NCBI GenBank assembly: GCA_009776745.1
Contig: WRNH01000009.1
Span: 1 to 40,581, forward strand
Source of the DNA: Endomicrobiia bacterium
GTDB taxonomy: Bacteria > Elusimicrobiota > Endomicrobiia > Endomicrobiales > Endomicrobiaceae
Direction: 5' to 3'
DNA length: 40,581 nucleotides
In this document: positions 1 to 8,932 of the stretch, piece after piece
How positions within the stretch are numbered: position 1 is the stretch's first letter
How the letters are laid out: the number at the start of each line of letters is the position of its first letter
Translations under genes and position numbers: made by a program
The notes under the pieces: generated by a model
Told to the model about the DNA's origin: nothing
What the model saw: the letters and a program-made list of their open reading frames with translations, nothing else
Database searches by the model: none

Positions 1-294
1 TTCTCTTCTCCTTTGTTCGGCGCAAATCCGTTCACCATCATACATCCAAATATAAAAAACACACAAAGCCTCTTTTTAAATAAAGAAGCTTTATTCCGGT
101 TAATGCTTAACGAGAAAATCGCTTTGTAAAACATTGACACCTCATTACAGCATACAAAGTCGTTATATAGACTATGTCTTATTTTATTACATGATTTGGT
201 AATAAATCAGTATATTTTGTGAAAAAGATGTGAATTTAAATACAATAAAAACTAATCTATATTATTGCTCTCATATTAAAACACTGTGGGCAGA

Positions 295-1290
295 CTATAA
301 TTTATATTGTTTCGAATAGTATTCTTTATATTTTTTATCTTTCAATTTGCGCCAGATTTTTTCATTTTCCATGTACCATTTTATCGTTTCAGCCAAAGCT
401 TTTTCAAACGTGTACGCCGGTTTATATCCGAGCTTTTTCAGTTTTGAACAATCTATAGAATATCTTCTGTCATGTCCCGGCCTGTCAGCCGCTTTTTTTA
501 TCAGCGATAAAGGCTTGCCCATTATTTTTAAAACTTTTTTAGTCAATTCAATATTTGTAAGTTCCACCCCGCCGCCGATATTATACACTTCGCCGTTTTT
601 TCCTTTATGAAGAATTATGTCTATGCCTCTGCAATGGTCCAAAACGTAAAGCCAGTCTCTCACATTTTTTCCGTCGCCGTATAAAGGAAGAGAAATATTA
701 TCCATAGCATTTGTCACAAAAAGAGGTATTACTTTTTCCGGATATTGGTACGGCCCGTAATTGTTTGAACATCTTGTAATTATTGACGGAAATCCGTAAG
801 TGGCAAAATATGAACGCGCCAATAAATCCGACGAAGCCTTTGCCGCGGAATAAGGGCTGTTCGGCGATAAAGGAGATTCTTCGGTAAAAGATCCTTTCAA
901 AATGCTTCCGTATACTTCGTCCGTGGAAATATGAACAAACTTTTTTATATTGTTTGCTCTTGCGGATTCTAAAAGAGCGAATGTTCCGTTCACGGCGGTT
1001 TTGACAAAAGCGTCCGCATTCAAAATCGAGCGGTCAACATGCGTTTCCGCCGCAAAATTAATAACCGCGTCAATGCCTTTCATATGTTTATTTACAAGTT
1101 TAAAGTCGCAAATATCGCCTTTAACGAATTTATACCGCTTATTTTTTTCCACGTCTCTCAAATTATCAAGATTGCCGGCATAAGTTAGTTTGTCATAATT
1201 TATAATTTTATATTCCGGATATTTCTCCAAAATATACCTTACAAAATTTGAACCGATAAAACCCGCTCCGCCTGTGATAAACAGTTTCAT
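295..1290 (-). CDS. rfbB: dTDP-glucose 4,6-dehydratase (short-chain dehydrogenase/epimerase fold)
   Basis: 331 aa. N-terminal Rossmann motif ITGGAGFIGSN and catalytic YSAAKA region are typical of RmlB/RfbB. ATG at 1288-1290 verified. Confidence 0.88.
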   Translation of the reverse strand: MKLFITGGAGFIGSNFVRYILEKYPEYKIINYDKLTYAGNLDNLRDVEKNKRYKFVKGDICDFKLVNKHMKGIDAVINFAAETHVDRSILNADAFVKTAVNGTFALLESARANNIKKFVHISTDEVYGSILKGSFTEESPLSPNSPYSAAKASSDLLARSYFATYGFPSIITRCSNNYGPYQYPEKVIPLFVTNAMDNISLPLYGDGKNVRDWLYVLDHCRGIDIILHKGKNGEVYNIGGGVELTNIELTKKVLKIMGKPLSLIKKAADRPGHDRRYSIDCSKLKKLGYKPAYTFEKALAETIKWYMENEKIWRKLKDKKYKEYYSKQYKL

Positions 1291-1343
1291 TTTAAAACAT
1301 CTCCTTTTAACTTCACACTATATAAAATACAAAAAACACTTTT

Positions 1344-1436
1344 GCCGTTGATTCGTTTCTGTCGTTATTCTAATCGGCCGTGTCAGTGGGACGGAGCAAT
1401 TTACCACAAACAACGCGGTCAATTCCTCCGTCCCCC
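1344..1436 (+). repeat. Copy A of a conserved ~85-bp structured intergenic element (outer stem GGGACGGAG ... CTCCGTCCC enclosing an inner ACCRC/GCGGT hairpin)
   Basis: About 95% identical to 7591-7674 and in the same orientation. It lies about 54 nt upstream of the rfbB ATG on the minus-strand transcript. Confidence 0.75.
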
Positions 1437-1437
1437 A

Positions 1438-1483
1438 GACACTTGTCGTTGATTTGTAATTTGTAATTCGGAATTGCCGTTCA
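1438..1483. repeat. AATTAC-type short tandem repeat (gatttgtaatttgtaattcggaattgccgtt), related in reverse orientation to 12877-12947
   Basis: Direct reading. About 90% identity over roughly 30 nt to the reverse complement of the 12877-12920 repeat. Confidence 0.6.
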
Positions 1484-3526
1484 TCTCCACGGATAAAATA
1501 TCGCCTCATCCTCATAATTCGGAATCTGTCCGTCGACATCGGCAGTTCTTGAGAAAGGCATATTTGTTTTCAAATCAAACTTGGCAAAAACTTCGTGGTA
1601 TATGTCTCTTATTCTCCACGAAACGCCAAAATTATAACAATGCAGATCTCTGTATATTTTAAATTCGTGTTCGTTCATTCTGGAATATATTTTATCAAGT
1701 TTTGAAGTGGTTCTTATATTGTAATCAAGGCGCCATTTGGGAGTAATCCAAATCCCCAGCCCTATAGTATTATCCATTTCCTGATTTCTGTAAGACATTG
1801 AAGGCGTGTCGTAATATTGGTAAAAAGCTCCGAAATTGAAATAAATTTTTTCAAGTTCCCCCAAAGTAGCGTCAAGCTGCGCGGATCTGAACATGAAAGG
1901 ATCCAGCGACTGGGTTTGTTTAAAGTATACCGTCATATAATGTTTCGGCGTGTAAATAATTTCAGTCGACAGCGGAGTCCATCTGTTTGCCGAGCCCGTT
2001 CTGTAATCCATAAAATTGTACGCTGTAAAATTCCTGACGGTCGTCCTGTTGCCTACATACATATAATTCGTAAAAGAAAGCATATTGGACTCTATTCCGT
2101 AATCATTAGCGCTGCCGTCTATGTTTAAAGAATTTTTTTCGCTCCTCACGCGCGTATTATACGCCATGTTCCAATCCATCCACCGCGTAACCCTCAAACG
2201 TGAGTTTAAAGTCGCAAAATACCTCGTCAGGAAAGTATGATCTTCGTTATCATAATTGTCTTTGTCATCCCAGCTTCCGGTCATTCCGAGAGAAGGTTTC
2301 AAAGTGAACTTTCTTCCGAATCTGAAATCTCTCGACACCGTATATGTCGCGTCAGCCGTATTTTTATAAAAATAATTACCGAAACTGTATTGCCTGTACG
2401 TATTGGCATAGTTAAAAGTAAAATTATTGACCAAATCCCAGATTATTTTCTTAGGATAAATATTGAAGCTGACTTTCGGAAGAGTCATCGACGTAGTTTC
2501 ATAATCTCCGCTAAGGCTGTCATAAGTATCAACTCTGTCCAGCGCTATAAGCAAATTCGTATTTCTTCCCTGCCTCGTCGCTGAAAAATAAGAATTCAAA
2601 GTGTTCATCACCCTGTTCCAGTCGTCGCTGTAATAATTATTGAAACTTTGGTCGCTTATAAGTTCCGCCTGCGACTGTATAGTCCATTCCCTGCTGACTC
2701 TCTGCCAATAATACGGACGCACCGTCCATCTGTTATATCCAGCCGAGAAATCTTCTATATAATACGCGTAAATGCTGCCCCTGCTGTTATTGGTAAAATA
2801 ATCGAATTCACCGCCGTATCCCCATCCTCTTGAACCGTAAAAATCAAGCATGGCTTTGCCTTTGGCCTGATCGGTAAACTGATACTGGAGAAAATTCTTA
2901 ACTGAGAAAGAGCCGTCGCTTGTGTACCCCGGTTCAATGCCGTATGTCAATCTTGAAGAAATGCCTTTTCCGCCTTTTAAAGATTTTGTTACCACGGGAA
3001 GATAGAAAACCGGAACTTTTCCTACATAAAACACCGCGTTATATATCGTTACTCTTTCATTTAAAGTTATTTTGCCTTTTCTGGATTTAAAGTAAGTATG
3101 AGGTTCATCCAAATCGCAGTTTGCTATTTTTATATTGTGCACGGCAAAAACATTTTTTCCCTGCCTGTCCATGCGCTCGGAACGCATGAAAATCATGGAG
3201 GAATAAGCCAAAGATTCTCTTATTTCGCCCGTTTCATCGTCATATTTATATGTTATGCTTTCGGCAAAAAAAGAGTTTCCGTCTTCTTCAATGCGGACAT
3301 TGCCGCTGGCGTGCATAAGCTTTTCTTCAATAAAAAAATCGACAAAATTTGCTTTTACCTCTTTACCCTGCCAAACCAAAACGACATTGCCGGACGCGGT
3401 GATTTTGCCGCAATTCTGGTCGTACTCAAGGTCGTCCGCGGAGATATCCACCTGATAAGAATAAGCGCAAGCGGCTGAAAATAAAATAATTGCAAAAGGA
3501 ATGATTTTTTTTAAGAGAGTCATCAT
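1481..3526 (-). CDS. lptD: LPS-assembly outer membrane protein LptD (OstA family)
   Basis: Signal-peptide-like N-terminus MMTLLKKIIPFAIILFSAACAYS. OstA-N-like region (KITASGNVVLVWQGKEVKANFVDF ... ASGNVRIEEDGNSF) followed by a long Y/F/W-rich beta-barrel-type C-terminal region. Start taken at the ATG ATG at 3521-3526 rather than the ORF-track start at 3604, which would overlap glcK. Confidence 0.72.
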   Translation of the reverse strand: MMTLLKKIIPFAIILFSAACAYSYQVDISADDLEYDQNCGKITASGNVVLVWQGKEVKANFVDFFIEEKLMHASGNVRIEEDGNSFFAESITYKYDDETGEIRESLAYSSMIFMRSERMDRQGKNVFAVHNIKIANCDLDEPHTYFKSRKGKITLNERVTIYNAVFYVGKVPVFYLPVVTKSLKGGKGISSRLTYGIEPGYTSDGSFSVKNFLQYQFTDQAKGKAMLDFYGSRGWGYGGEFDYFTNNSRGSIYAYYIEDFSAGYNRWTVRPYYWQRVSREWTIQSQAELISDQSFNNYYSDDWNRVMNTLNSYFSATRQGRNTNLLIALDRVDTYDSLSGDYETTSMTLPKVSFNIYPKKIIWDLVNNFTFNYANTYRQYSFGNYFYKNTADATYTVSRDFRFGRKFTLKPSLGMTGSWDDKDNYDNEDHTFLTRYFATLNSRLRVTRWMDWNMAYNTRVRSEKNSLNIDGSANDYGIESNMLSFTNYMYVGNRTTVRNFTAYNFMDYRTGSANRWTPLSTEIIYTPKHYMTVYFKQTQSLDPFMFRSAQLDATLGELEKIYFNFGAFYQYYDTPSMSYRNQEMDNTIGLGIWITPKWRLDYNIRTTSKLDKIYSRMNEHEFKIYRDLHCYNFGVSWRIRDIYHEVFAKFDLKTNMPFSRTADVDGQIPNYEDEAIFYPWR

Positions 3527-3531
3527 TAAAG

Positions 3532-4476
3532 CTATTGATTTGCAAGCATGGCCGCTCCTACTACGCCAAGTTTGCTTGTATAATGAGAGACCTTTATTTT
3601 GCATGCCTTTACGGCGGATTTAAAAGCTCTTTCTTCAATTTCTCTATTTGCCGGAGCAGTTAAATATCTGCCGGCAAGGCTGACGCCTCCGCACAAAATA
3701 ACAGTATCGGGATTGGCAAAATTCAGCAGGCCGGCAAGCAAGATCCCGAGTTTTTCCCCGACATAACGCCATATTTCAACAGCCGCTTTGTCGCCTTTTA
3801 CCGCGGCGTCATAAAGAACTTTAGGAGTTATCAAAGAGTAGTCTTTGCCGGTCACTTCATCTATCATTTTCGAATTGTGTTTATTTAAATAAATTTTCGC
3901 GTATTCGGAAACATATTTTGCGCCTATATAAGTTTCTGCGCATCCGGAATTGCCGCATTTGCATTTGCAGCCGTTAGGGTCGATCGTTATATGCCCGATT
4001 TCTCCTGCGGTGCATGTTGTTCCCCTGTAAAGTTTTTTGCCGAATATAAGGCCGCCTCCGACTCCGGTTCCCAAAGTAACGCATACGAGATTGTCGGATT
4101 TGCCCTTTGCGTCAAGCCAAAAAGCGCCTATCGCAGCTGTGTTTGCGTCATTATCCACTTTAACTTTTTTATTCGTAAGATTTTCCATGATCTCTTTGAG
4201 TTTTACGTTTTTCCATTTCGGAAGATTCGGAGAAAAGCGCACAATGCCTTTTGTGAAATCTATGTCGCCGGCAATGCCTATTCCTATATTTTTTGTTTTT
4301 GAATAATTTTTTAAAGCCGAAGCCTGGCTTATGATCGATTGTATGACATTTTCGGGAGTTTGTTTCAGCTCGGTCTTTAAGGAAGTCTCTTCTATTATTT
4401 TGCCTTTGCAGTTTACTATGGCAATTTTGATATTTGTTCCGCCCATATCTACGCCCAGATAAAGTTGTGTTGACAT
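3532..4476 (-). CDS. glcK: ROK-family glucokinase
   Basis: N-terminal LGVDMGGTNIK ATP-binding motif and the ROK zinc motif CKCKCGNSGCAETY. ATG at 4474-4476 verified. Confidence 0.8.
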   Translation of the reverse strand: MSTQLYLGVDMGGTNIKIAIVNCKGKIIEETSLKTELKQTPENVIQSIISQASALKNYSKTKNIGIGIAGDIDFTKGIVRFSPNLPKWKNVKLKEIMENLTNKKVKVDNDANTAAIGAFWLDAKGKSDNLVCVTLGTGVGGGLIFGKKLYRGTTCTAGEIGHITIDPNGCKCKCGNSGCAETYIGAKYVSEYAKIYLNKHNSKMIDEVTGKDYSLITPKVLYDAAVKGDKAAVEIWRYVGEKLGILLAGLLNFANPDTVILCGGVSLAGRYLTAPANREIEERAFKSAVKACKIKVSHYTSKLGVVGAAMLANQ

Positions 4477-4487
4477 TTTAATAGTCC

Positions 4488-5738
4488 TTAATTGATATTT
4501 TTTAAAACTTCTCCGGCTAAATAAAGAGATCCGGCAACAGCGGCCGTTTCTCCGTTTGAAATCATGCCAAATGCCTCGGCAACGGAATCAGCTTTAAAAA
4601 CTTTTTCTTTTAGCTTGTACTTGGCAAATTCTCTTTCGATCTTACCGGCTTCAACGGCCCTGCCGTTTTGAAGCCGCACTAAAATCACTTTTGAAACGTG
4701 CGGATTAATTTTTTTTATGATCTTTTTATAATCTTTTTCTTTCATTACGGCAAATAAAAGAGCAATTTTTTGCTTATGACAGCTCTTCAAAGTTTCTATA
4801 AAAGAATCCATGCCCTGCGCATTATGAGCGCCGTCTATTATAAGGTCAAAAGATTTATCTTTCAACACGACTTTTCTAAAATCAAATCTGCCCGGCCATT
4901 TAGTTTTAAAAAAACTTTGTTTTAAAACCTTACCGCTTACATCAAAACCTTTTCTGTTTAAAACTTCAATACAGCAAGCTGCAGCGGCGGCGTTTTGGGC
5001 CTGATGTTTTCCTAAAAGAGAAAGCTTAATATTCTTAATCTTCTTTCCGGAAGATATATAATCAAAACTTTGGCTTCTCTTCGCGCAATCGGATCTTATA
5101 TTTTCAATTATGAAATCTCTGCCGAACACCAACGGTTTTGATTTCTTTTTTATGATATTCAAAGCGGCCGCAGGAAGACTTCCGCAAATTACATCTGCGC
5201 CGTTTTTAATGATACCTGCTTTTTCAAAAGCTATTCCGGCAACGGTACTGCCAAGGATCTCCTGATGATCCAAAGCAATTGAAGTTATAATACATACCGC
5301 CGGATTTTTAATTATGTTTGTAGCGTCAAACCTTCCGCCAAGCCCCGTCTCTATTACCGCAATATCAACTTTCCTGCATGAAAAATACATAAAAGCGATG
5401 GCCGTCAAATATTCAAAATAAGACAATTTACATTTTTGCGCCAAAGGCAAATACTTTTCCGATATTTTTTTAAAAGTTCTTTTAGAGATGCTTTTACCGC
5501 CGATCTTTATTCTTTCGGTAATATCAACAAGATGCGGCGAAGTATATAAAGCCGTCTTATAGCCGCTTTCTTTAAGGGCATTCGCAATTAAAACGGCTGC
5601 CGAACCTTTGCCGTTCGTTCCGGCAATATGAATACTTTTAAAATTATTCTGCGGATCACCAACCGCTTCCAGAAACTTTTTTATTCCTGCAAGTCCGGGT
5701 TTCATCCCCTCATATTCTTTTAAAGAGCTGAAAAACAT
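4488..5738 (-). CDS. folC: Bifunctional folylpolyglutamate synthase / dihydrofolate synthase (Mur ligase family)
   Basis: P-loop AGTNGKGS with the Mur-ligase central and C-terminal domains. Sits immediately downstream of accD, as in the classical accD-folC operon. Confidence 0.85.
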   Translation of the reverse strand: MFFSSLKEYEGMKPGLAGIKKFLEAVGDPQNNFKSIHIAGTNGKGSAAVLIANALKESGYKTALYTSPHLVDITERIKIGGKSISKRTFKKISEKYLPLAQKCKLSYFEYLTAIAFMYFSCRKVDIAVIETGLGGRFDATNIIKNPAVCIITSIALDHQEILGSTVAGIAFEKAGIIKNGADVICGSLPAAALNIIKKKSKPLVFGRDFIIENIRSDCAKRSQSFDYISSGKKIKNIKLSLLGKHQAQNAAAAACCIEVLNRKGFDVSGKVLKQSFFKTKWPGRFDFRKVVLKDKSFDLIIDGAHNAQGMDSFIETLKSCHKQKIALLFAVMKEKDYKKIIKKINPHVSKVILVRLQNGRAVEAGKIEREFAKYKLKEKVFKADSVAEAFGMISNGETAAVAGSLYLAGEVLKNIN

Positions 5739-6548
5739 TTATTTCTGCACAAAGAAATTCAAAGATTTTATTAAAGTGTCTCTGAGGTCTTTTCTTTCGA
5801 CGACAATATCAATCATTCCGTGCTTTTCCAAAAATTCCGACAGCTGAAAACCTTCCGGAAGCTGCTGCCTTATCGTCTGCTCTATCACTCTCGGTCCTGC
5901 AAAACCAATCAAAGCTTTCGGCTCCGCGATATTTATATCTCCCAGCATTGCAAAACTCGCCGCCACTCCGCCCGTCGTAGGATCCGTCAAAACAGAAATA
6001 TAAGCGATACCTTCGTCAGAAAGCCTGGCAAGGGCTGCGCTTGTTTTGCCCATCTGCATAAGCGACAAAATTCCTTCCTGCATTCTGGCTCCGCCGGATG
6101 CGGAGAAAATTATCATAGGATATTTTTTTTCTATCGCAGCTTCAACGGCTCTGACTATTTTTTCACCGACGACTGACCCCATGCTGCCGCCCATAAATTC
6201 AAAATCCATAACGGCAAGCATAACGGAATATCCGCCTATTTTAGCCTCGCCCGTCACAACTGCGTCATTGCTTGAAGATTTGCTTATTTTTTCGCCGTAT
6301 CCGGGAAATCCCAAAAAATCTACAGGCTTCATATCCTTGTCCATTTCAATAAAGCTTCCCTTGTCAACGGTAAATTCAATCCTGTTGCGCGCATTCAATC
6401 TCGCGTAATATCCGCATTTCGGACAAACCATCAGATTTTCTTCATAGTCTTTTTGCAAAAATATTTCTTCGCATTTTTTGCATTTAGTCCAAATACCCGC
6501 GGGAAGTCCTTTTTTTTCAGTTGATGATTTTTCTGTTGTTGTGGCCAT
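5739..6548 (-). CDS. accD: Acetyl-CoA carboxylase carboxyltransferase beta subunit
   Basis: N-terminal Zn-ribbon CxxC...CxxC (CKKCEE ... CPKCGYY) plus the carboxyltransferase domain ([12 protein letters not shown]). The ORF-track start at 6569 is TTG. The ATG at 6546-6548 has a GGAGG SD. Confidence 0.88.
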   Translation of the reverse strand: MATTTEKSSTEKKGLPAGIWTKCKKCEEIFLQKDYEENLMVCPKCGYYARLNARNRIEFTVDKGSFIEMDKDMKPVDFLGFPGYGEKISKSSSNDAVVTGEAKIGGYSVMLAVMDFEFMGGSMGSVVGEKIVRAVEAAIEKKYPMIIFSASGGARMQEGILSLMQMGKTSAALARLSDEGIAYISVLTDPTTGGVAASFAMLGDINIAEPKALIGFAGPRVIEQTIRQQLPEGFQLSEFLEKHGMIDIVVERKDLRDTLIKSLNFFVQK

Positions 6549-6578
6549 TTTTTCCTCCAAAAACCGCAATTACGGCAA

Positions 6579-7541
6579 TTAAGATATTCCTTCCGCCAGC
6601 AAATCGCCTAAATCCAAAATCCCGACGGGTTTTCCGTTTTTATCAACAACCGGTATATTGTCGATGCTGTGCTGCTGCAAAATTTTAGCGGCTTCCGCTG
6701 CCATCATCTCCGGAGTAACGGTTCTTGGAGACTTTGTCATAACTTCAGATATTTTTTTATTCAGTATTTTTTGGTTTTTTTGAAGATGTCTTCTCAAATC
6801 TCCGTCTGTAAAAAAGCCGGAAAGCAATCCCTTTGAATCAACTATGCTTGCGGCGCCCATCCTTGTCCCCGTCATCACAAAAAGCGCTTCTTTAACCGTC
6901 GCGCTTTCTTTAATTACGGGATTTTGTTTACCTTTGCGCATTATGTCATTAACTTTCATGGTAAGTTTTTTCCCTATCGCGCCCAAAGGATGAAGCATAG
7001 CAAGATTTTCTCTTTTAAAACCTTTTAAATTCGACACGGTAAGCGCCAATGCGTCGCCCATGGCAAGCATCGCCGTAGTAGACGAAGTAGGCGCCAGATT
7101 ATAAGGGCATGCTTCTTTTTCCACGCTGCAATTGATTATGCAATCGCAGCTGCGCCAGACCAAAGCGTTTATTTTTCCGGTCATTACAATGACTTTTATT
7201 TTCATCCTCTGAAGAACGGGAAGAACTTTCTTTACTTCTTCTGTCTCGCCTGAATAAGAAAGTATTATGACGGCGTCATTTTTCATTACCATACCGATAT
7301 CGCCGTGCAGCCCTTCGGACGGATGCAAAAATGCCGAAGGAATGCCTACTGAAGACATCGTCGCCGAAATTTTTCTGCCTATAAGTCCGGATTTCCCAAG
7401 CCCCATAACGACAACTCTGCCTTTACAGTTTTTTATCATTGCGGCGGCATTATCAAAATTGGAATCCAAATGTTTAATTTGTTCCCGAACGGATCTCGCC
7501 TCAATATCAAGCGTTTCTTTCGCTATTTTAAAATTATCCAT
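6579..7541 (-). CDS. kdsD: Arabinose-5-phosphate isomerase (SIS domain plus tandem CBS domains), KDO precursor synthesis
   Basis: SIS motif VVVMGLGKSGLIGRKI and the C-terminal CBS pair. The ORF-track start at 7583 is TTG. The ATG at 7539-7541 (MDNFKIAKE) has a GAGGT SD. Confidence 0.85.
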   Translation of the reverse strand: MDNFKIAKETLDIEARSVREQIKHLDSNFDNAAAMIKNCKGRVVVMGLGKSGLIGRKISATMSSVGIPSAFLHPSEGLHGDIGMVMKNDAVIILSYSGETEEVKKVLPVLQRMKIKVIVMTGKINALVWRSCDCIINCSVEKEACPYNLAPTSSTTAMLAMGDALALTVSNLKGFKRENLAMLHPLGAIGKKLTMKVNDIMRKGKQNPVIKESATVKEALFVMTGTRMGAASIVDSKGLLSGFFTDGDLRRHLQKNQKILNKKISEVMTKSPRTVTPEMMAAEAAKILQQHSIDNIPVVDKNGKPVGILDLGDLLAEGIS

Positions 7542-7590
7542 TAATACCTCATTAGAAACCTTTAACGGTCTCTGCAAAGACAAACAATAT

Positions 7591-7674
7591 GCCGTTCTGT
7601 CTTTATTCTAATCGGTCGTGTCAGTGGGACGGAGCAATTTACCGCAAACAGCGCGGTCAATTCCTCCGTCCCCC
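7591..7674 (+). repeat. Copy B of the conserved ~85-bp structured element (GGGACGGAG ... CTCCGTCCC)
   Basis: Near-identical to 1344-1436. It lies about 50 nt upstream of the kdsD/kpsF ATG on the minus-strand transcript. Confidence 0.75.
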
Positions 7675-7715
7675 TTACACTCAGTCGTTGTCGAGCTGCT
7701 GAGCTGCCGCCTTTT

Positions 7716-7750
7716 CCGTATCTTCACTCTTCACTTTTCACTCTTCACTC
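7716..7750. repeat. Low-complexity direct repeat ccgtatcttcactcttcacttttcactcttcactc
   Basis: CTTCACT(C/T)TTCAC units. The GTGAAGATACGG core recurs at 10417-10432 in opposite orientation, and CTTTTCACTTT recurs at 10485-10495 and 29161-29175. Confidence 0.6.
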
Positions 7751-7756
7751 TGCCTT

Positions 7757-8386
7757 TCATCTCAGTCCGTGAGTATATCTTATAAATGCGTTCATTTTAT
7801 CATAATCTTTTCTTTTTGGAAGCCGCTCAATGCCTGTGTCGGCGTCCAAACCGAAAGGCGCGGCCGTTTCTAAAGCGCTTTCAACATCTTCCGGAGTAAT
7901 GCTTCCCGTAATAAAAACAGGAATTTTAAGGCCGGCCGCTTTTGAAGCAAGTTCAAAATTATATTTTGCGGTTTCACCGTCAAGATAAGAAACGTCGATC
8001 ACAAAATAATCGGCATTTCCGGTATAAGGCTGCATTTTCAGCAAAGCCGATTCATCGCCTTCAAGCTTAAAAAATTTAAACACTTTTACGCCAAGCCCCT
8101 CCTGAACCGCTTTGCAGAATTCAGGCGTTTCATCGCCGTTAAACTGAACGTTTTTCAGTCCGCACTTTTTTACGATTTTGGATATTATTTTCTGATCTTC
8201 ATTGACAAAAACTCCCACCGGAGTCACAAACGGAGGAAGCTTTGAAACTATGTCTATAACAAGTTTTTCCGACACTTTTTTCGGCGACTCTTTTATAAAA
8301 TGAAACCCCAAAAAATCAGCCCCCAAATTCGTAGCGTCAAGAGCGTCATTATAATTCGCCAGCCCGCATATTTTAACTTTTGCCAC
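7757..8386 (-). CDS. trpF: N-(5'-phosphoribosyl)anthranilate isomerase
   Basis: KICGL start motif, then GADFLGFHF, VGVFVNE, a GG..FDW-like region and ITGSITPEDV, all collinear with PRAI. The ORF-track start at 8398 is TTG with no SD. A GTG at 8384-8386 is preceded by GGAG. The start is uncertain. Confidence 0.72.
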   Translation of the reverse strand: MAKVKICGLANYNDALDATNLGADFLGFHFIKESPKKVSEKLVIDIVSKLPPFVTPVGVFVNEDQKIISKIVKKCGLKNVQFNGDETPEFCKAVQEGLGVKVFKFFKLEGDESALLKMQPYTGNADYFVIDVSYLDGETAKYNFELASKAAGLKIPVFITGSITPEDVESALETAAPFGLDADTGIERLPKRKDYDKMNAFIRYTHGLR

Positions 8387-8398
8387 AATAAACTCCAA

Positions 8399-8510
8399 TT
8401 AATAGGTAAAAGGTAAAAGGTTTTGGTGTTTTCGCTTTGCGAAAACCTATAATAGGTTTCGGCTTTGCCGAAACACAATACCTATTACCTTTTACCTGTT
8501 ACCTTTTACT
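8399..8510. promoter_or_regulatory. Nested palindromic intergenic structure: two tandem near-identical hairpins (GTTTTCGC-TTT-GCGAAAAC at 8428-8446 and GTTTCGGC-TTT-GCCGAAAC at 8456-8474) with a competing central hairpin AAACCTAT-A-ATAGGTTT (8443-8459), flanked by inverted GGTAAAAGGTAAAAGG / CCTTTTACCTGTTACCTTTTAC arms
   Basis: Read directly from the sequence between the hisI stop and the trpF start. The alternative, mutually exclusive pairings have the layout of an attenuator or processing site. No U-tract follows either hairpin. Confidence 0.5.
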
Positions 8511-8898
8511 TGCCTTTATAAACTTTCTCAGGGTCAAACAATTTCTTCCCGACGATTTTCGTGTTTCCTGCGGACGTTACTTTAGTAAAAAAGCAGCTCC
8601 TGTGTCCGGTATGACACGCTGCTCCGCCTATTTGCTGAACTTTTATCACGATACAGTCGCCGTCGCAGTCATAATAAAATTCTTTAACTTTTTGTATATT
8701 TCCCGAACTTTCGCCTTTGACCCAAAAAGACTGTCTGGAACGGCTCCAGAACGTCGCTTTTTTCGTCTTTAAAGTTCTTTTGACCGCTTCTTTGTTCATA
8801 TAAGCAACCATCAAAACCGCATTATCTTTCCAGTCCTGAACCACAGCAGGAATCAACCCTTTTTCGTCAAACTTTAAAGCCTTTATTACCTTTTCCAC
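8506..8898 (-). CDS. hisI: Phosphoribosyl-AMP cyclohydrolase
   Basis: Conserved core GLIPAVVQD ... MVAYMN ... FWSRSRQ..W.KGE.SG ... CDGD ... C.TG.RSCF. The start is a GTG at 8896-8898 preceded by a strong SD (AAGGAGAG). Confidence 0.85.
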   Translation of the reverse strand: MEKVIKALKFDEKGLIPAVVQDWKDNAVLMVAYMNKEAVKRTLKTKKATFWSRSRQSFWVKGESSGNIQKVKEFYYDCDGDCIVIKVQQIGGAACHTGHRSCFFTKVTSAGNTKIVGKKLFDPEKVYKGK

Positions 8899-8932
8899 TT
8901 AAACGCTCTCCTTTAAATTCACATCGTATTCT

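Noticed and set aside
1-294. Searched for a tRNA or small RNA gene in the long AT-rich stretch at the start of the window
   Set aside because: No cloverleaf-compatible sequence (no GTTCGAATC-type T-arm) was found. There are only weak hairpins, and it is probably a terminator or promoter region.
1318-1539. 73-aa minus-strand ORF in the lptD-rfbB spacer
   Set aside because: It overlaps the conserved hairpin element and the AATTAC repeats, and has no SD. It is almost certainly non-coding.
7641-7660. Similarity of the TTTGCGGTAAATTGC core to the ops/JUMPstart element (GGCGGTAGCGTG) bound by RfaH
   Set aside because: Only 6 of 8 core positions match, and ops is a proteobacterial signal. It is noted within the main finding but is not called as an ops site.
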